This document shows positions 28,236-40,840 of a stretch of 64,000 nucleotides of DNA, piece by piece. The DNA is from the human T2T-CHM13v2.0 reference genome, Homo sapiens. The notes below the pieces were generated by a model that was given only the letters and a program-made list of their open reading frames with translations, was not told the origin of the DNA and did no database searches. Location: NCBI RefSeq assembly GCF_009914755.1, contig NC_060944.1; one strand, given 5' to 3'. Each line of letters begins with the position of its first letter. Positions within the stretch are counted from its first letter, which is position 1. The position numbers were made by a program, and so were the translations under genes.

Positions 28236-28484
28236 GGAATGAGGCATGAACAATGCAAAGATGCTGAACCATGACATGAGGGACTGTTTCATTCATGTGG
28301 CATGGGGGTGGGCTACCCCCCCCATACCTAACTTTTCCAATGTGACGGTTTTCCTTCTGAATTTATAAGGTGCCCACCTTAAAGACAGGAATTCAGCTCA
28401 TATCTTTTAATAGACCCTGCAAGGTATCCAGTTCCTAGGACACAGCATTTTGTTGGTTATTGAATGAGACTGAAGGGATGAGAA

Positions 28485-28735
28485 GAGTGGCCAATAGCAT
28501 GGAGCTGGGGCCTAACTGCCCACGTGTGGTCTTGGTCCCTAGTATTTATTAGCCAAGTGTCCTTGGCCAACTTCATTTTATGCCACAAAACCTCAGTCTC
28601 CTCATCTATACAATGGGAATAATAATAATACCTTTTCTAGAGTTGGAGGGAGGATTAAATGAGTCAGTTATGTTTAAAGTCCTGGAACAGTGCCAATGCC
28701 CACCACATAGTAATTTCCATGTAAATGTGAGCTGC
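28485..28735 (+). mobile_element. MIR
   Basis: cctcagtctcctcatctatacaatgggaataataata...ggattaaatgag. Confidence 0.8.
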
Positions 28736-28736
28736 C

Positions 28737-29608
28737 ATGATGATGGTGATGATCATGGTTGTGATGATGGTGGTGATGATTGTGATGTTGATGGTGATGA
28801 TGATGGTCGTGATGATGATGGTGATGATGATGGTCGTGATGATTGTGATGATGATGGTGATGATGATGGTGGTGATGATGATGGTTGTGATGATTGTGAT
28901 GATGGTGGTGATGATGATGGTGGTGATGATGATGGTGATGATGATGGTGATGATGATGATTGTGATGATGGTGGTGATGGTGGTGGTGATGATGATGGTG
29001 GTGATGATGGTGATGATGATGGTGATGATGATGGTGATGATGATGGTGATGATGATGGTGGTGATGATTGTGATGATGATGGTGATGGTGGTGGTGATGA
29101 TGATGGTGATGATGGTGATGATGATGGTGGTGATTGTGATGATGGTGGTGATTGTGATGATGGTGGTGGTTGTGATGGTGATGATTGTGATGATGGTGGT
29201 GATGATGGTGGTGATTGTGATGATGATGGTGATTGTGATGATGGTGATGATTGTGATGATGGTGGTGATTGTGATGATGGTGGTGATGATGATGGTGGTG
29301 ATGATGATGGTGGTGATTGTGATGATGGTGGTGATGATGATCATGGTGATTGTGATGATGGTGGTGATAGTGGTGGTGACGGTGATGATGATCATGGTGG
29401 TGACAGTGATGATGACGATGGTGATTGTGATGGTGGTGGTGATAGTGGTGATGACGATGATGATCATGGCAGTGATGGTGATGATGACGATGGTGATTGT
29501 GATGGTGGTGGTGATAGTGGTGATGATGGTGATGATGATCATAGTGGTGTTGGTGATGATAATGGTGGTGGTGAATGTGACGGTGTGATGGTGGTAATGA
29601 GGGTGATG
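28737..29608. repeat. ~870-bp (GAT/GGT/TGT)n compound trinucleotide repeat
   Basis: Unbroken triplet phase; directly follows a MIR 3' end. Confidence 0.97.
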
Positions 29609-30879
29609 TTGTTACCTTGTAGTAGATTTGAAAAAGTGGAATAGAGTGGAATTAAAGAAAACACTACTGAGTTAATAAGAAGAAAGGTAGGGCGCAGGAA
29701 GTGTTTGCTAGGAAATGGAAGAGTCCAGCTTATTCCAGTATCAGTTGAATGCAGCAGACTCATGAACTTTACTGAAACCAAAATTTACCGAAGCTGATGA
29801 GAGGATCATGATTTCCCAGAGTGTGGACTGAAGCCTCCGGGAGGTGTCAGAGATGATTTTGGAGTAGTGCTTTTCACACCCTCTGTAAAATAGGACCCAT
29901 TTAAAAATTTTCAATCTGTTGCAAACTGATAATTTCATTAATGTGTAGAGAAACATTTTCACACTTCACCCCTAAGAGAAGGTTTGTGGACTGGTACCTG
30001 GAACAGATACTTATCTTGTAGCTGCCACCAAGAAACACTTTCCAGATGGGCACCGTAGCAGGACACTGTGCTAGGACACGCTTTGAGTAGTGCTGTTTCA
30101 GATGAAAATCACATCACATGGGGCTTTGAATTTCACAGAATCCTGTGGTCAGCTGGTTGCTCCCCTGTGAATTATCTTTCAGTTGTGTGGTTGTATATGG
30201 AGGAGAAAGTTGTAGTTTGTGGCTCATGTGTCACTGACTGGTGATGTTGGATGATTTCTCTTTTCTAACAAGCAGAGAGCAGCCTCAGGCACAGAACCCT
30301 TGACGGGCATGGGGTCTTGCCAGAATGGAATTACACTGACTTGTTTCCATTGCATTTATTTTGTGGCCACTTAATATTTTTGGATATTGATTCTGATTTT
30401 CCTATTAGAGCCAAGATGTAAAGTTTCTTTAATAGATAATTTAGGTGCAAAAAGTGAGTTGCCTTAAAACATAGTGTACATTATCATGCAGCTACGAGTG
30501 AATATATGACAAAAATCATGAAAGTGGTACAAGACAAATTTGCAGAGAACTCTAGTGGAAGGCAGGATAGAGGAGTGAGAATAGACCAAATGGATGTTTG
30601 GGGTCATTTGGGGGCCATGTAAGCCTCTCCCCCTTATCCCTGGTGGAACAGCATTAAGGACATCCTCTCCTTCATCCCAAACATCTGCTTTATGGGAAAC
30701 CACAGGACTATATTGTTAGTAGTACTGGGAAAGCCTAGTCGGCTTTATCTTTTGGATTCTGAGAATGTTGTCAGTGATCATGTTTCTCTCTTCACTGGAG
30801 TTGCTAGGAGTTCCAGCATCCAATTTCAGCTCCAACCTCCAATCCTTGCACAGAACCCTACAGTACGTGTTTTGTGTAT

Positions 30880-31046
30880 TGAAGCCACAGAAGCATGTAT
30901 TTTTCCTCCTCATTCTCTCCCTGACCTTTTTTTGATTTTGTTTTTTGTTTTTTTTTCTTAACTGCAGTTACATTTTTGTAAGCTGTGTTACATCGTTGTT
31001 TGGAACACAGTGGGGGTAATGCATAAATGCTGAATAAATAAATAAT
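30880..31046 (+). mobile_element. L4/RTE-X-like ancient LINE 3' end
   Basis: tttgtaagctg...tttggaacacagtggggg...aataaataaataa. Confidence 0.45.
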
Positions 31047-31989
31047 GATGAAACTTTTTCCTCAAACTGTGAGATTGGGGCCACTCCATTGTTAGAGTTA
31101 TTTTAATGTGATCAGGACAAAGAGGCCAAGAGTGTTGTAGGAAGTAAGCTTTGTTCTCGTGGGCTTGGGCTGGGCAACGCTGTGGTTGTTGGGAACGCTA
31201 ATTTCTGTTATTTGGTGGTGCTCATATCTCAGGCCTCTGTTTAAGAAACAACATAGATTCCTCCAAGGCACATATTTGCATCCTGTGTGGGCCGAGGTGC
31301 CTGGCTTCATTCTTTCTCTAGATACCCACACTATCTCATGGGTATTTTTAAATGCGTGTCTTAAGAGCCAACTTCTCTGCTGTGTGCAGGCTTTTCATGA
31401 TGCCGGGAGAGTTGCCACGTGGATTTGCAGGCGCTGAGGGCAGAAACAAGGAACAGGCAGCATCAGCTCAATGGGTGGGACCCACTGTCCTTTCAGCCCT
31501 TGGTGGGGCGGCCTTGGAGGAAGGGTCATTCTCCAAGCAGGGCAGAACTCAGTTCCAGGTTGGCCAGAAGGCCAAATGGACTGTGGGGCAGGTCTGAGGC
31601 CAGGTAGTGGGGCGACCCAGAAGCAGGAAGATGGTGTGTCAAATGTAGAGTGAGACAGAAATGGCAGGGGCTGAGGAGTTGTTGAGTCCTGTTTTTTCAC
31701 ACTTGTGTGGGGATCTTGAGGAGTTTCGTAGAGGTGCCGCAGGGTCTGCCTGTTGAGGAGCAAACCAAGCTGACCGGGTTACAGGTGCCATCCACTGTCC
31801 CCTCCCATCTGATTGGTTTGGATACTAGGATGTTGTGTGGATTCTCCTGGAGTCCAGACATAGCCAGTGAAACAATATTGAACCCCCTGCAATAGTCCAG
31901 CCCCATCATTCCATTTCATAAAGGAAACTGAGGCCTTGCCAGGGATCCCAAAGTGGTAATCCCTCTTGTAGAGTTCCAGGGGAGGGCAC

Positions 31990-32825
31990 CAACCTCTACC
32001 TAGCTACTGAAGCCAGAAACCTGGGCATTCACCTGCCCTTTCCATTTTCCTCCTCATCCCCATCCCTGCCACATCCCTGTATCCTGGCATCTCCAGCCTT
32101 CAGCACCTCTCCAATTCATCTGCTTCTCATTACCCCCAGCCACACCAGGAAGGTCCAGGCCCCCTTGTCTGTGCGCTGGGAGGATACAGATGCATCCTGA
32201 GCCTTCCAGCTTCCTCTGTTGGGCCCATCTAATTGGGTTTCTGCTGGGCGATGGGAGTGATCATTTGAAACTTCAAATCTCATTATGACAGTCTATATCC
32301 CTTCCTCAATGTTCCCATCTTGTTTCACATCTTTCAGTGGTTGCTCATGGCTTGTAAAATCAAAACAAAACAAAACAAAACACCCAAATTCCTCACCAAG
32401 CCCCCTCCTGCACCTCTGGCCTCATGATGGCATGATTCTTTGAGTCTGGGGACCTGAGCAGATGGTCTGAGCTGTGCTAGAACTCTAACCCACACCACCG
32501 CCTACCATGCACAAACACAGATGTTTGCTGGCTGACTCCAGCTCATCCTCTCATCTTAGCCTCAGCATCACTTCTGCAGGAAGGCCCCTTCCAATCTCAC
32601 CAGGGCCCATCACGTCATCCTGTCTGATGCCCTTTGGCACTCTGGGCTAATCCTTTGGGGCCCTCAGACGCCGTCCCCACTGTCTTAGTTGTCTGGTTTG
32701 CTCTCTCTCTTCCCCTACTGGATTGTCAACTTCCTGAGAGCCAAGGTCACATATAGCTTTAGCCTGTGTCCCAGGCCTTCAGCATGGTGCTTCTTTGGGC
32801 ACAGGAGGTGTGTGCAGAGTGGAAG
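31990..32825 (+). mobile_element. L2 fragments
   Basis: aagccagaaacctggg...tcagcatcacttctgcaggaaggcc...ctactggattgtcaacttcctgag. Confidence 0.7.
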
Positions 32826-33529
32826 GAGACCTTCATTTGGTGGGGAGACTGTATTATAGAGAAGTAGTTTCATGTTCCAAAGAACAAGCAGGAAATATCT
32901 TCCTTCTCCTCCTCTTTCTGCTAGTAAATCCTCCTTCCTCCTCACTGGCTGGATGAAGCATCTCATGGTGGAATAGTTTCAGATCCAGGGTTCCCAGGAA
33001 AGGGAACCACCTCCAGTTCCCCATCCCCTTTCCTTTCCTGGGAGGTCTCTGGTGCTTATGCTACTAATAATGAACATTTAACTAATGAGTTGCTACCTGT
33101 TCATATTACCAAAGCCTCCCTGCCAAAGGCCACCAGAGACATTCCTGGGGTCAAATCAGATTAGATTTATGGAGCTTCCTGCATCACAGGGTAACACAGT
33201 ATTGAGGGCCATGACAACATCCCAATATACAGGACTGGGAGAGGCTTTTTTACAGGGCTTGAGTATGATCTGGATGATTCTAGAAGAAATGAAAGAAGCA
33301 AGGGCCAGCTCTATCTGATACTATCAAGAAAGAGGCCTCCCACTATAGGATATCTCAGTGGTCTTTGTTCAGGAGGTTGGAGGAACTAGTTGAGGCTGGG
33401 TAAGTGCAGGATCCCTGCCCATGGAGGGGACATCAGTCACGTTTGTAGCTTCCATGTGGCCTCGGGTGTCCTGGCGGAGACCTTGGCTCTCCTGTCAGAA
33501 GCTTCCTCTGATTGTCAACAGGGATGATT

Positions 33530-33970
33530 TTATTTTACTCTTTATGCTTTCATCTTTCATATTTAAAACTTTGATCAGTCTAGAATTTCTTTTGATATAA
33601 AATGTGAGGGACAGAGCCAACCTACTTTTCTATTTTAGATTGCCATCAATTGTCCCAACTCCATTTATTGAATGATAATCGCTTTTCTCTGATTTTCTTG
33701 CCTCCTTTATAAATATATTAGATTCTATACAATTTTGTGTCTATTTTTGGACTTTTCATTTTGTCCCATTGAATTGTGTCTATCCTTGCAACAAAGCCAC
33801 ATTGTTTTAATTATTATCACTATATTATATGTTTTAATAACAGAAGTCCCTTTCCCTCATACCTTATTCCTCTTGCAGCTTTTTCTAGTTCTTCTTGTTT
33901 ATTTTTTATATAAATTTTATCTTATTTGCTATATGTCTTTTAAATATCTGATAACTTTAGCAGGATTTTA
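33530..33970 (-). mobile_element. L1ME-like fragment
   Basis: T-rich; ttgtcccaactccatttattgaa, ccacattgttttaattatt. Confidence 0.65.
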
Positions 33971-34984
33971 GTTGTGTAAGAATTACAGAATTTTAATCCT
34001 GGAAGGATGCTGAGGAGGTTTCTAACTCTCTCATTTTCTGGAGAGGATATGATTTTATCAAAGTGATGCTGTGAGTTTATGGCAGTGAGAAACCAGGGAA
34101 TCCCCAACCCTGAACCCACCTCCAGATCCACTCGCCCCACCAAGCCTCCAGCTTTTGACCCTGCATATTTTTAGGTACCCAGAAATTACTTAATATTTAG
34201 CTTAGTGGACTGCCACGATTTAAATTTGACCTTTTAAATCCAAGCACCTCCTTCTGCTATGTTGCTTTTAGAAGAAAGGACAAAGCTGAGGAATTCAACC
34301 TTTGTTTCCATTTATCTCTTAGCCTTCCGAGACAGGACGCAATGTAGCCAACACCACTCCTTTGTCTCCATGGTCAAAGTCGGAAGGAAGTTCTTTCAGA
34401 GGGGTTGGCTTCATTGATCTTGTGGGGAAAATCTTACAAGTACCCAGGGCATGGTGTTTGATAAGGAAGTGAGTGGTGTGAAATCCAGGCTCAAGAACAA
34501 AAGCCCTACAAGCCTGTACCCAACGGGGCCACTGGCCTAGAATGGTAATAAATAGAATTGGGTGACAACCTTGAAGGTCACCGGTGGTTCAGCTCTGGAG
34601 GTGTCCTTGTTTGTACTCACTTTGAGTAACCATCAACTTATAAATAGCCTCAGGCCAATTGCCCAGTGATGATTTTGACTGTCGCTTGCCAGGGGCCTGG
34701 GCTTGTGGTTTGGTTGTGAGTCTGTCATGGTCTCTGTGACCTCAGAGGAGGAGGAAGGAAGATGATGATGGATGCTTCTAGTGATGCAAGCAACAAACAT
34801 TTTTGGACAATGTGCCCAATACCATTCTCTGTACTCTGCATGAGTTAACCCTTCAGGCTTCAAACAACGCTTTGAGGTAGGTGAGGAGACTGAGCACTAA
34901 AAAGGTGAATGCGGAGCCAGTGTGAGCACAAAAGGCCTGGTTCCCTGCTAGACCGTGCCTCCTCTTGGCTGGAGCTCTATGGAA

Positions 34985-35480
34985 AGAGTTGGAACCAGGG
35001 AGCCTTGGTTAAAATATCAGCTCCATCCCTTATGACCTTGGGCAACTTACAAATCTCCAAATCTGTATTTTCACCTTTTAACTAGAATAATGTATGTCAA
35101 TTATAGGGTGTTAGGATTAAATGAGAAAATGTACATAAAACTTTTGGGACATTGTCTGGCACTGGGTAAGTACTCAATGAAAAAAGGTAATGGTTTTTTA
35201 ACTTGTTTAATGTTTCTAAGCCTTAGGTTTTCCACTTATAAAATGAAAGCGTCATTATATATGGTGCGTGGCTGTCTTCTCTTTTGGTTTGGTTCGGTTT
35301 GAGGATTTGTCGGGGTCACATTACCGTCATGACCACCTGTGTGACCTTGAGCAGATTCCTTAACCCCTTTATGTTGCAGTTGCCTCCACTCTGAAGTGGG
35401 GGTCCTGATAGTGGCTGGCTCAGGGTTGTGTGATAATCAAATGAGAGATGCTTAGAGAATAAGCATCGGCGTCTGGCACA
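34985..35480 (+). mobile_element. Cluster of MIR fragments
   Basis: tgaccttgggcaac...ggattaaatgag; tgtgtgaccttgagcag...agggttgtgtgataatcaaatgaga. Confidence 0.7.
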
Positions 35481-35867
35481 GACGTCCTCATCCTCCAAGA
35501 TCCTGTGACTTGTTGCATCTATGTGCTTGACTTAGCCCACAATCCGTCCCCATCTCCCTTCTCTTCTCTTTGTTCTGGGAATCTTTAAAAACACTTGTTG
35601 AGCTTGGGGTCGGTTTGCAGAATCATCACCTACTTTTAGGGTAGTCTGTTTCATTTGGGGTAAACATTTAGGTTTCTAAGACATTGGGACAGTGATGTTT
35701 GACTTCACATCTATTCATGTGCTCTCACTGAGCTCTGAATATGATGTTTCCATTCCCCCATCTATCAGAGATGACACAGAATCATTTATATAGACTCAAT
35801 AGACTCTTAGGGGAGGCACCAGCCCTGTCTGTAGCTTCACTACTTCTGAGACTGAGGTGGTACCTGG

Positions 35868-36335
35868 TGTATCAGTTACCTGTTTCTGGCAACAAATTAT
35901 TCCAGAATTTAGCTTGTGATTTTGTTGACAATTAGGCTGGACTTAGCTGGGTGGTTCTTCCAATCTTGGCTGGGCCCCTGCATGCATCCGTATTCAACTG
36001 CAGGCTGGGTATAACACTGTCAGATTTTGGTGTCAGCTGGGATAACTGGGATGACTCAACCCTCTTCTGTACTCTTCATCTTGGTCCTGTTCACATGGTG
36101 GAGGCAGAGCCCCAGGCAAGAGGGAAATGTACAAAGCCCCGTTAGTCCTAGGCTCAAATCGGGCCCACCATCTCTTCTGCAGGCAATTGGCAACGTAAGC
36201 CCCAGTCCAGCCCAGATTCAAAGGAAGGGGGCACACATCTTCTCTTGATGGGAAGAACAGAGTTCACTGCAGAGGGGCCTAGTCTGGGGAGATGAAGAAA
36301 TGTGGCCGTTTTTGCAATTTGCCTCACTGACCACA
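35868..36335 (-). mobile_element. Old MLT1 (F/G/H-like) LTR
   Basis: tgtatcagtt...aacaaattattccagaatttag...cttagctgggtggttc...ccagcccagattcaaagg...ccaca; no TSD seen. Confidence 0.7.
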
Positions 36336-37457
36336 TAGAGGGTGACTGGCCCTGTATTTTATGTCATATGTGACTCTATAGAAATGTGTCTCCTAGCTGG
36401 GCTTTGCAGAGATGCAGACTCTATCTGTCTTTCTGTTGTGGGCTTTCTACCTTGTCATGAAAAGGCCAGAAAATTCCTGAAATGAGTGTCCTTTTCAGTC
36501 CTTCAGGTGAGAGGCTCCTCAGGGATCCACAGACCATTGTTTTGGCTTCTGTCTCCCTCTGCTTGTCACACAGGGATCACATACACAGGTGGAAGTGAAC
36601 TTGTTTGCTTCCCTTCCCAAACTGTAAGCTCTGTGAAGACAGGAATCTCCTTGACTCACTATTATATCATTGGCACCTAGTAGGTCACTGTAAGTATAAA
36701 ATGAAAGAGGGCAGGAAGGCAGGAAGGGAGTGAATGAGTTAGGAAGTTAGGCATCTAGATAGGAAGGAAATGAGAGAAAGCCTCGATGGAAGAAGGAAAG
36801 AAAGACACTGGAGGTAAACAGTTGGGAAAGAAGGAGGTGAAGAGATATAAGGAATTTAAATTATTCTTCAACAAGCTAGGTATGGGGCAAGGCACTGGCC
36901 TTTCTGAACCTCATTGACTGCATCTGTGTGATGGAGTAATAGTAGCACCTACCTGGCTTATAATGAAATAATACATAGAAGCTTTTAGAATAGGGACCAT
37001 CACTGATGGCTGCTCTAGTTGTTCTAGTTTCAGCTGATGAAGGCACTAGGATCCTCAGCATGGAAGACACAGCAGCAGGGACAGGGGGAAATGCTGTGGG
37101 TCCAAGGAGATAGTGCAGGTGCTCAGAGGGTCATGGAGAGAGAGAAGCAGCCCAATGATTGCCGGGTGCTATGCCATTCAGTGCTTCTTCTAGGCATGGC
37201 TTTGAGCAGCAATTGGCCAGGCTTCCAGAAACTTCAGAACAAGTGGACTGTGAACTCTCTGCAAACTAGATGCTGTGATATGCATTTTCATAATTCCCCC
37301 AAGGATGTGGACAGGTGGAAATAAACTCCCAGTCACACAAAACCCCACCACCCAGAGAGCAATCTGGTTGACATCCTGGCTGAGTTTATTACCATAATTT
37401 TTCCTACGGGTACCTGTGTAAATATAGAAACTGTAGACAAAATTGGAATTGTACCAC

Positions 37458-37831
37458 TGATATGGTTTGGATTTCTGTCCCCATCCAAATCTCATGTCGA
37501 ATTGTAATCCGTAGTGTTGGAAGAGGGGCCTGGTGGGAGGTGATTGGATTCTAGGGGTGGATTTCCCCTTGCTGTTCTCATGATAGTGAGTGTGTTCTTA
37601 TGAGATCTGGGTAGCACCTCCTGCTTCATTCTCTTCCTCCTTCTCCGGCTATGTCTTGTGAGATGTACCTGCTTCCCCTTTGCCTTCCGCCGTGATTATA
37701 AGTTTCCTGAGGTCTCTACAGTCGTGCTTCCTGTACAGCCTGTGGAACTGTGAGTCAACTAAACCTTTTTTCTTTATAAATTACCCAGTCTCAGGTAGTT
37801 CTTTATAGCAATCCAAGAATGGACTAATACA
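37458..37831 (+). mobile_element. MST (MSTA-like) MaLR solo LTR
   Basis: tgatatggtttgg...ggactaataca; perfect TSD ACCAC at 37453-37457 and 37832-37836. Confidence 0.93.
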
Positions 37832-37998
37832 ACCACTTCTGCTGTATCTTGGGTTTTTAAAATTCACATTATTTTGTGAGTATTTTCTCACTGCCTGAGA
37901 ATTTTGGGGTCAGGCATTTTTCTCTTCACCGCTTAGACACTCAATTTCTGTTTAGAAAATGGGGAGAGTAAGAGTATCTCTCTCCTAGAAGTTGTCTA

Positions 37999-38296
37999 TT
38001 TTTTTTTTTTATTTGAGATGGAGTCTCACTCTGTTGCCCAGGCTGGAGTGCAGAGGCATAATATCAGCTAACTGCAATGTCCACCTCTCGGGTTCAAGCA
38101 ATTCTCCTGCCTCAGTCTCCTGAGTAGCTGGGACTACAGGCTCACCTCACCACATCCAGCTAATTTCTGTATGTTTACTAGATCCAGGGTTTCTCCATGT
38201 TGGCCAGGCTGGTCTCAAACTCCTGACCTCAAGTGATCCACCCACCTCTGCCTCCCAAAGTGCTGGGATTACAAATGTGAGCCACCGCACCCAGAC
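37999..38296 (-). mobile_element. Alu (AluSx/Sz-like)
   Basis: Poly-T plus full antisense dimer. Confidence 0.93.
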
Positions 38297-39969
38297 TATT
38301 TTGTTTTGACCTGGGGAGAGTTAAATGAGTTAATATCCTTAGCCCAGTTCCATAACATCCACTGTAAGCTTTTCTATATGTTCCTTTATTTAGGAAGAGT
38401 GAACATAGTGCCAAGTTTTACTTAGAGAGCAGTGCTCTGCATGCTTTGGTGCTAGCACACAATAAAATTAAACGGAGGTCAAAGCAGAGAGCACTTAGGG
38501 ATTCCCAAAGCGTCCAGAACAACAGTAGATGGTTATAAAGGACAGCAATAGTACAATGACGCTGCCTCCAAGACGAAGTACAGCATTAATTAGTACTGGG
38601 CAGTGGATGGCCAGGCTCTTTCAGGGCTTTACTGAGAGCCTCTGAAGGGTGGCAGTGATGAAGAGTGGGGCCATGAGTGACCATCTCAGGCCCGTCGGGA
38701 AGATACTTTTCATGTGGTTGACCCATGGCAGAAGGAAGGACCTGTGTCATCCCTGAGTGTCTGAGCATGTTGGGGCTGTGCTTCGGGACATGGGGTTTTT
38801 CTCCCTGGTCTCGTTGGGATGCTCTTCACACCTAAGCAGGGTTTGCACATTCAAACATGGGCCGTTTGTATTCCAGCCAGCATTGCTGAGAAGGCCGGGG
38901 AGCAGCTTGGTGCATACTAAGGAGCAGCTCCTGCCCTGGCTCTGTCCACACCAGGCTCTCTGGGCAGCTGCCCATGGAGAACACAAGCCAGCAACCTTTG
39001 AGGAGAGCCAGGCCAGCATTTGACCATTTGAGGCTGATGGACCCTGGGTGGCAGGGCCTCGGCTCTGCTTTTGGGAGACCTTGAAGGCTGATGCATTTCC
39101 TCCCCAGCCCCACTCTTACTTTACCTGGATTGCTGCTGGGACTTTGAGACAGTCCACGCTTTCCTATTGTGGAGGCTGTGCCTTGCCTGGGGGATGGAGA
39201 CTGAATCTATTGGTGATGATCCAGTAAAGGGTCTCAGAGTTCAGCAGAGGGTGCTGGGATTCACCCCAAATATTTGGGCAGAGGGAGAGAGACAGGCTGT
39301 GAAACAGAATGAAATAATGATGTGATAGGAAGCCCTGCAAGCATTGGCCCCTTTAATTCTCCCTAGGACTCTATGAGGTAAGGACTGCCCCACTTACCAG
39401 GATATGAAACAAAGGCTCAGAAGGCTCAGAAGGTGGAAATAAATCTCCCGGGTTTGACCAGGAGCCCAGCAGCCCTTCCCCAGAGCCTGTTGACAAACAG
39501 TGCAGGCATGTGCCTGTCTCAGGGTTATCTTCCGCCTGCTTTCTTCTCAGCATGCGATTGCATCATATTGTATTGATTGCTACTGGAAGACTGAATTCAG
39601 AGGCCTCACAGATCTATATCATGACTTTACGGAAATAGAAAAAGAAAAGGTATTTTTCATGGTGGCTCAGACTTACTTCTTATCCCCATCCTTGCAGGCA
39701 GAGGCCCCTAACAAATGTCAAAGGATGACTGAGGGGGCTTTGGAAGCCAGGAGACTTGGCTGTAGATCTCCTCTACCACTTCTTAGCCATGAGACCATTG
39801 GTAACTCATCGAACCTTCCTGAACCTCAAATAGCTGCTATTGCTATTTGTTACCCATGAGACCAAGGAAATAGTCTTCATCATGACCAAGGAATAGTCAT
39901 GTTCTAGACAGTGCACAAGCTAAGAAAGGAGCAGAGATTAGAAGGAGAAAAGAGGAAAAAAGAACAAGC

Positions 39970-40840
39970 AGGACATTTTTCACCTAAGAGATTGACAAAA
40001 AAATTTAATTTAATCAATAAATTACCCAGTCTTGGGTAGTTCTTTATGGCAATCCAAGAATGAACTAATGCAACAACTTATGCTGCATCCTGTGTTTTAT
40101 TAACTCACATTATTTTGTGAGCATTTTCTCATTGACAATATCAAGTGTTGGCAAACACATGTGGAAACAGCTCTTACAAGTCTCAGATATAAATTGGTAT
40201 GGCCATCTTGCAGACACAGTTTGGCAATATCAAGTAAAATTGGAAAAACAAATGCTTTGACTGTCCGTGACTATTTCTAGGTAAGGAGGCTTGGACCAGG
40301 ATGTTCATCACAATATCAACATTGTGTGTAATTATGAAAAACTGGGAAAAAATCCTAAATGACCATTAACAGGGGACTGAATACATCAAATGTGGCATAT
40401 TCTTACAATGGGACACTTGGCAATAGTTAAAAGTAATGAACTAAATTTCTATGGGAGGAAAATGAAGTGGACAGTATAATACCATGTTTGTAAACCTACC
40501 CACCCCAACAAAATAATATCATATATAGCATGTCAATGTGAAATGAAAAAAAGACTGGATGGAGAGAGAGGGGCAGGGAGATGGAGAGACAAAGACAGAG
40601 ACAGCAAGCAAGAGAATGTGAGAGCTGTAGGTATCAGACTAAAAAGACACATACCAAATCTCTGATAATTGTTCCTTCTGGGAGTGTTGAATGATAAAAA
40701 AAAAAGGATTTCACCTTTATCAGGAATGCTTCATTATATATTATAATAGTTATACATATAAACACACACCAGATGATAGCTTCAATACCCTCCAGTTTTG
40801 TGCATTTGATATATGATTCCTTGTGCTTTTAGGTTTTCTT
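39970..40840 (+). mobile_element. L1ME-like ORF2-end/3'UTR fragment, interrupted at 40017-40134
   Basis: catttttcacctaagagattgacaaaaaaattt [insert] tgacaatatcaagtgttggc...ggatgttcatcac...aaatgaccattaacagggga. Confidence 0.7.
40017..40134 (+). repeat. 118-bp dispersed copy of 37776-37893 (MST 3' end plus flank)
   Basis: Gapless alignment, 16 mismatches in 118 bp, offset 2241. Confidence 0.92.

Noticed and set aside
28580-29644. 354-aa Asp/Gly ORF and overlapping 283- and 292-aa ORFs
   Set aside because: Direct translation of a triplet repeat; start lies in a MIR; several frames open; no domain or gene structure.
39241-39254. CTCF-like TCAGCAGAGGGTGC
   Set aside because: Two mismatches to the core and no supporting context; a single motif hit is insufficient.
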